A program made the position numbers and the translations under genes. DNA of 19,693 nt from Candidatus Bathyarchaeia archaeon (lineage in GTDB: Archaea; Thermoproteota; Bathyarchaeia; Bathyarchaeales; Bathycorpusculaceae), in the NCBI GenBank assembly GCA_049521795.1, contig JBEKOM010000015.1, forward strand, positions 1 through 19,693, read 5' to 3'. Below the pieces are notes generated by a model, which made no database searches, was not told the DNA's origin, and worked only from the letters and a program-made list of their open reading frames with translations. This document shows positions 17,109-19,693 of this stretch, one piece after another. Position 1 is the first letter of the stretch. Every line of letters begins with the position of its first letter.

Positions 17109-18020
17109 GTGCTGGACCAGAAACACGTGACATTCTACGCTCGGTCGAGCGGAGTCCCGTTAGATGTAGCAGAAAGAGACGTGGTTCTGACCTACGTCCT
17201 ACGGATCCTGGCAGAGAGCGTTCTGCCAGAGTTAGCTTTCAAAGGCGGAACATGCCTGAAGAAGACTTACTTTGGAAGAACTGGGCGGTTCTCGATGGAC
17301 CTTGACTTCACGAGTTTAGGTGTGACCGTGGAACAACTCCGAAATGTGCTCGGAGATAAGCTGCGTAACCGTAGTCACTATGGCATCAACTTCAAGATTG
17401 CAGAGGAAAATGTCAGGGCAGAATTCGGTGCTGGTGCTGAGTCTTACCTCGCCGTCGTCGACTATGCTCACAGTTGGAATGCCAGTAGGCTCACGCTTGA
17501 GGTCAGTTACAGAGAGAATCCACTTCTTCCTCCCCAAGATGTGCTTATTTCGGATGAGTTGTATTTCAAGTTCCTTGAGTTTCAGAGATTTGCTCTAAGA
17601 TGCCTGCAGAAAGAAGAGCTTTTGTCCGAGAAACTGCGCGCAGCATTTCAGAGAATTCAAGGACGTGACCTTTACGACCTGTACTTGTTCTCGGAAAGGC
17701 CGTTTGACAGAGACTTGGTTAGAAAACTCGTTGTAGTCAAATGTTGGAATGTCAGAGAACCGTTCGTTCCAGAGTCGCTCTTGGATCAGATAGCGACGGA
17801 AAGATACGATTGGACGGATCTGCAGCGGCTGGTTAGAAAGGGAGATCTGCCTTCTGAAGCAGCGCTAGTTAGAAAAGTCGTTAAAGAGTATGGGTTTCTG
17901 AAGGATTTGGACAGTGATCTAAACAAAATAGTGAAAGATTCCAAATCTCATAGGAACAGCAGGCTGGTGGCAGAAGTTCTGAAGGCTGCAGCAAAACAAA
18001 GCGAGCGGGCCACTCCATAG
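17109..18020 (+). CDS. abiEii: Type IV TA toxin, AbiEii/AbiGii nucleotidyltransferase
   Basis: AFKGGTCLKK, RFSMDLDF, EKLRAAFQR and RDLYDL are the hallmark DUF1814/AbiEii motifs. Confidence 0.92.
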   Translation: MLDQKHVTFYARSSGVPLDVAERDVVLTYVLRILAESVLPELAFKGGTCLKKTYFGRTGRFSMDLDFTSLGVTVEQLRNVLGDKLRNRSHYGINFKIAEENVRAEFGAGAESYLAVVDYAHSWNASRLTLEVSYRENPLLPPQDVLISDELYFKFLEFQRFALRCLQKEELLSEKLRAAFQRIQGRDLYDLYLFSERPFDRDLVRKLVVVKCWNVREPFVPESLLDQIATERYDWTDLQRLVRKGDLPSEAALVRKVVKEYGFLKDLDSDLNKIVKDSKSHRNSRLVAEVLKAAAKQSERATP

Positions 18021-18123
18021 CGATTGAGTTTCACCAAATGAAATGACCAACACATACAGTCATTCTTCCCTTGTGACGTTCGCGCGCTCCAAAATAGGCT
18101 AACGTGTTGGTCGTAACATAGCT

Positions 18124-18159
18124 TGCAGTGGAGATGTCTCCTGCACATCCCCTTTTTTT
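18124..18159 (+). terminator. Possible terminator downstream of abiEii
   Basis: Bulged hairpin TGCA-GT-GGAG-atgt-CTCC-TGCA followed by a T7 tract. Confidence 0.35.
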
Positions 18160-18312
18160 GTTTATGATTCTTGGGCGGTTCTGTTAATATCTTGACATGT
18201 TGAGAGTTACGGGTACGGCGAAAAGTAAGCAATTGCAAAGTTTTGTTTTTTTGGTTTTCCTTACTTCAAACTATGAAATGGGAAGACATCGTTTTAGCGC
18301 GCGCTATTCACA

Positions 18313-18369
18313 TGTTCAGTTTTACTGAACTTGTTCAATATTTCACGTATTGTTCAATATTTCTGAACG
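18313..18369. repeat. Three tandem 19-bp units with consensus GTTCA-N7-TGAAC
   Basis: GTTCA starts at 18314, 18333 and 18352. Units 1 and 3 end in TGAAC. TTGTTCAATATTTC is exactly repeated at 18331 and 18350. Confidence 0.8.
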
Positions 18370-18518
18370 GCACAATCAAGCTATGATCCACCAAGAGCGC
18401 GCCCTAAATCCAGATATAATCGTTCGCCAGTAGTTTCCAAATTCACGTGTTCCCAAATCACCCTTGCTACGGTGTGTTTGACGATGGACAGGCTTTGGAA
18501 TATTCCAAAACGTTAAGT

Positions 18519-19103
18519 ATGACAGCGCGCGCTAGTTTACTAGAGAATAAAATGAAAGAACTCAAAGGTAACAGAAGAGGAAAGGAATCAGACAAGCTCA
18601 TACTGGAAGTCATAAGGAACTATCCAGGTCTCTCCCAATATGAGCTAGCAAGAAAATTGAAATCCTCAAGTGGCCTTATCGATGGTTCAATAAGAAGACT
18701 CCTCAAACAGAATGAGGTTTTCATCCAGGTTTTAGAAAGAAATGGTAGGAGAGTGAATCTTGCTTATCCAAAAGAACAGAAACCCTCAGACGTCATAGAA
18801 GTACCTGCTGAGCTTCTGAAAACTGGAAATCCTCTTTGGGATCAAAATGCTTTTGCATACGCATTGGACAGTTCAACAATAGGGATTTCAGGTGAGGAGA
18901 TGCCTGAGTGGAGCGAGATATCGTGTTTTCATGAAAGTCTAAAAATAGGGAAGGTTGATGGAAAGCTGGTCTTGCAGATTCCAGAAGCGTTTCTGAGATT
19001 CTACAATATGCACAGAAAGCACAGAGTCATCTCTGTCAATGGAAACAATCTTCTGGTCACTGTGTCTGGCGACATAGTTGAAGAGAAGAAATATCCGTCC
19101 TAG
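18519..19103 (+). CDS. Winged-helix DNA-binding protein with an uncharacterised (possibly AbrB-like) C-terminal domain
   Basis: ILEVIRNYPGLSQYELARKLKSSSGLIDGSIRRL is a MarR/HTH_24-like wHTH. The start is uncertain (18447 GTG, 18519 ATG or 18552 ATG). Confidence 0.78.
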   Translation: MTARASLLENKMKELKGNRRGKESDKLILEVIRNYPGLSQYELARKLKSSSGLIDGSIRRLLKQNEVFIQVLERNGRRVNLAYPKEQKPSDVIEVPAELLKTGNPLWDQNAFAYALDSSTIGISGEEMPEWSEISCFHESLKIGKVDGKLVLQIPEAFLRFYNMHRKHRVISVNGNNLLVTVSGDIVEEKKYPS

Positions 19104-19381
19104 CGCGCTTTTTGGGCTAAACTACAGGTCCTCTTATATGTGTGTGTAGGCTGGACTCAAACCTCAGTGGTGATATCTCCCGAAATGTCGCTTTGGACTC
19201 GACATTTTTGACATCTCCGATATACCATGAGCAATAAGACGCTTAAAAATAATATGTCGTTACTGTCTGACGAAGATACAGAAAGAGTTCGTCATCTACT
19301 GTAGCACGCTCTTTCGGTGCTATTTGGATTTCGAAACAAACCTATTGTTCTTGATGCAGAATCTCAGCATTTTGCTCTTGC

Positions 19382-19693
19382 CTATTTCGTCTTTAACCAA
19401 TCATTGACCATTGAGAACACTTGCTCTCTTTTTTCAGGGTCGTGTTTGGCAGTTACTTTGGGGAAAATGGCGTCGTAAAACCAATGGTCTGCATCTGGAA
19501 AGGTTCGGAGCGATTTGTCTTCAGCCGCAAGGTTTTCTAAAAGCCGTTTGGCTCCACTGGGAAAGTCAAGATTATCTGCTTCTCCTTGAATTATCAGTGT
19601 TGGCTTCTTTATCTGCGATGCATTCTGAAGTGCTTTATCCCTCAGAGTTTTCGTGCCAACTAGCCAGCGACAACTGAACTTTGTTGTGCTTAA
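19382..19693 (-). CDS. Alpha/beta hydrolase (lysophospholipase/monoglyceride-lipase-like), 3' part; starts outside the window
   Basis: Not in the ORF track. Manual minus-strand translation gives ...IKKPTLIIQGEADNLDFPSGAKRLLENLAAEDKSLRTFPDADHWFY...EKREQVFSMVNDWLKTK*, with the catalytic Asp (GEAD) and His (ADH) motifs. Confidence 0.88.
   Translation of the reverse strand, partial: LSTTKFSCRWLVGTKTLRDKALQNASQIKKPTLIIQGEADNLDFPSGAKRLLENLAAEDKSLRTFPDADHWFYDAIFPKVTAKHDPEKREQVFSMVNDWLKTK

Noticed and set aside
10114-17598. Numerous short antisense or alternate-frame ORFs within nurA, herA, mre11, rad50, abiEi and abiEii
   Set aside because: They overlap well-supported genes and lack motifs of their own.
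18313-18369. CRISPR mini-array interpretation of the 19-bp-period repeats
   Set aside because: Units are contiguous with no spacer-length unique sequence, and no cas genes are present.
19227-19304. 25-codon ORF MSNKTLKNNMSLLSDEDTERVRHLL
   Set aside because: Too short, with no convincing promoter or SD and no recognisable similarity.
19411-19677. Plus-strand 88-aa ORF from the track
   Set aside because: It is the antisense shadow of the alpha/beta hydrolase C-terminus on the minus strand.

Overview
Archaeal genomic window. BRE/TATA-type promoters, GGTG Shine-Dalgarno sites, a nurA-herA-mre11-rad50 operon and the gene families present suggest Bathyarchaeia or a related TACK lineage, but this is inference. 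The left half (1-9600) is a patchwork of accessory genes: two tandem RimJ/RimL-type GNAT paralogues, a SnoaL/NTF2 protein, a class I SAM methyltransferase, a flavodoxin, an unknown 309-aa protein, a DUF3096-like small membrane protein, a membrane-anchored wHTH regulator, another membrane protein, a hemerythrin-domain protein and a stand-alone FIST protein. The centre holds a tightly coupled nurA-herA-mre11-rad50 operon whose NurA, HerA and Mre11 carry non-canonical motif residues. It is followed by an AbiE type IV toxin-antitoxin pair whose antitoxin has an extra NucS/PD-(D/E)XK-like N-terminal domain, then a wHTH protein and the 3' end of an alpha/beta hydrolase. Non-coding signals seen by eye: (i) a diverged ~85-bp orphan copy of the nurA promoter and start codon 5.4 kb upstream, bounded by GCGCGCGC tracts; (ii) eight GCGCGCGC octamers concentrated at gene boundaries; (iii) a 19-bp-period GTTCA-N7-TGAAC array; (iv) several palindromic operator-like sites. 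No rRNA, tRNA, CRISPR array or transposase was recognised. All calls come from reading motifs by eye; no searches were run.
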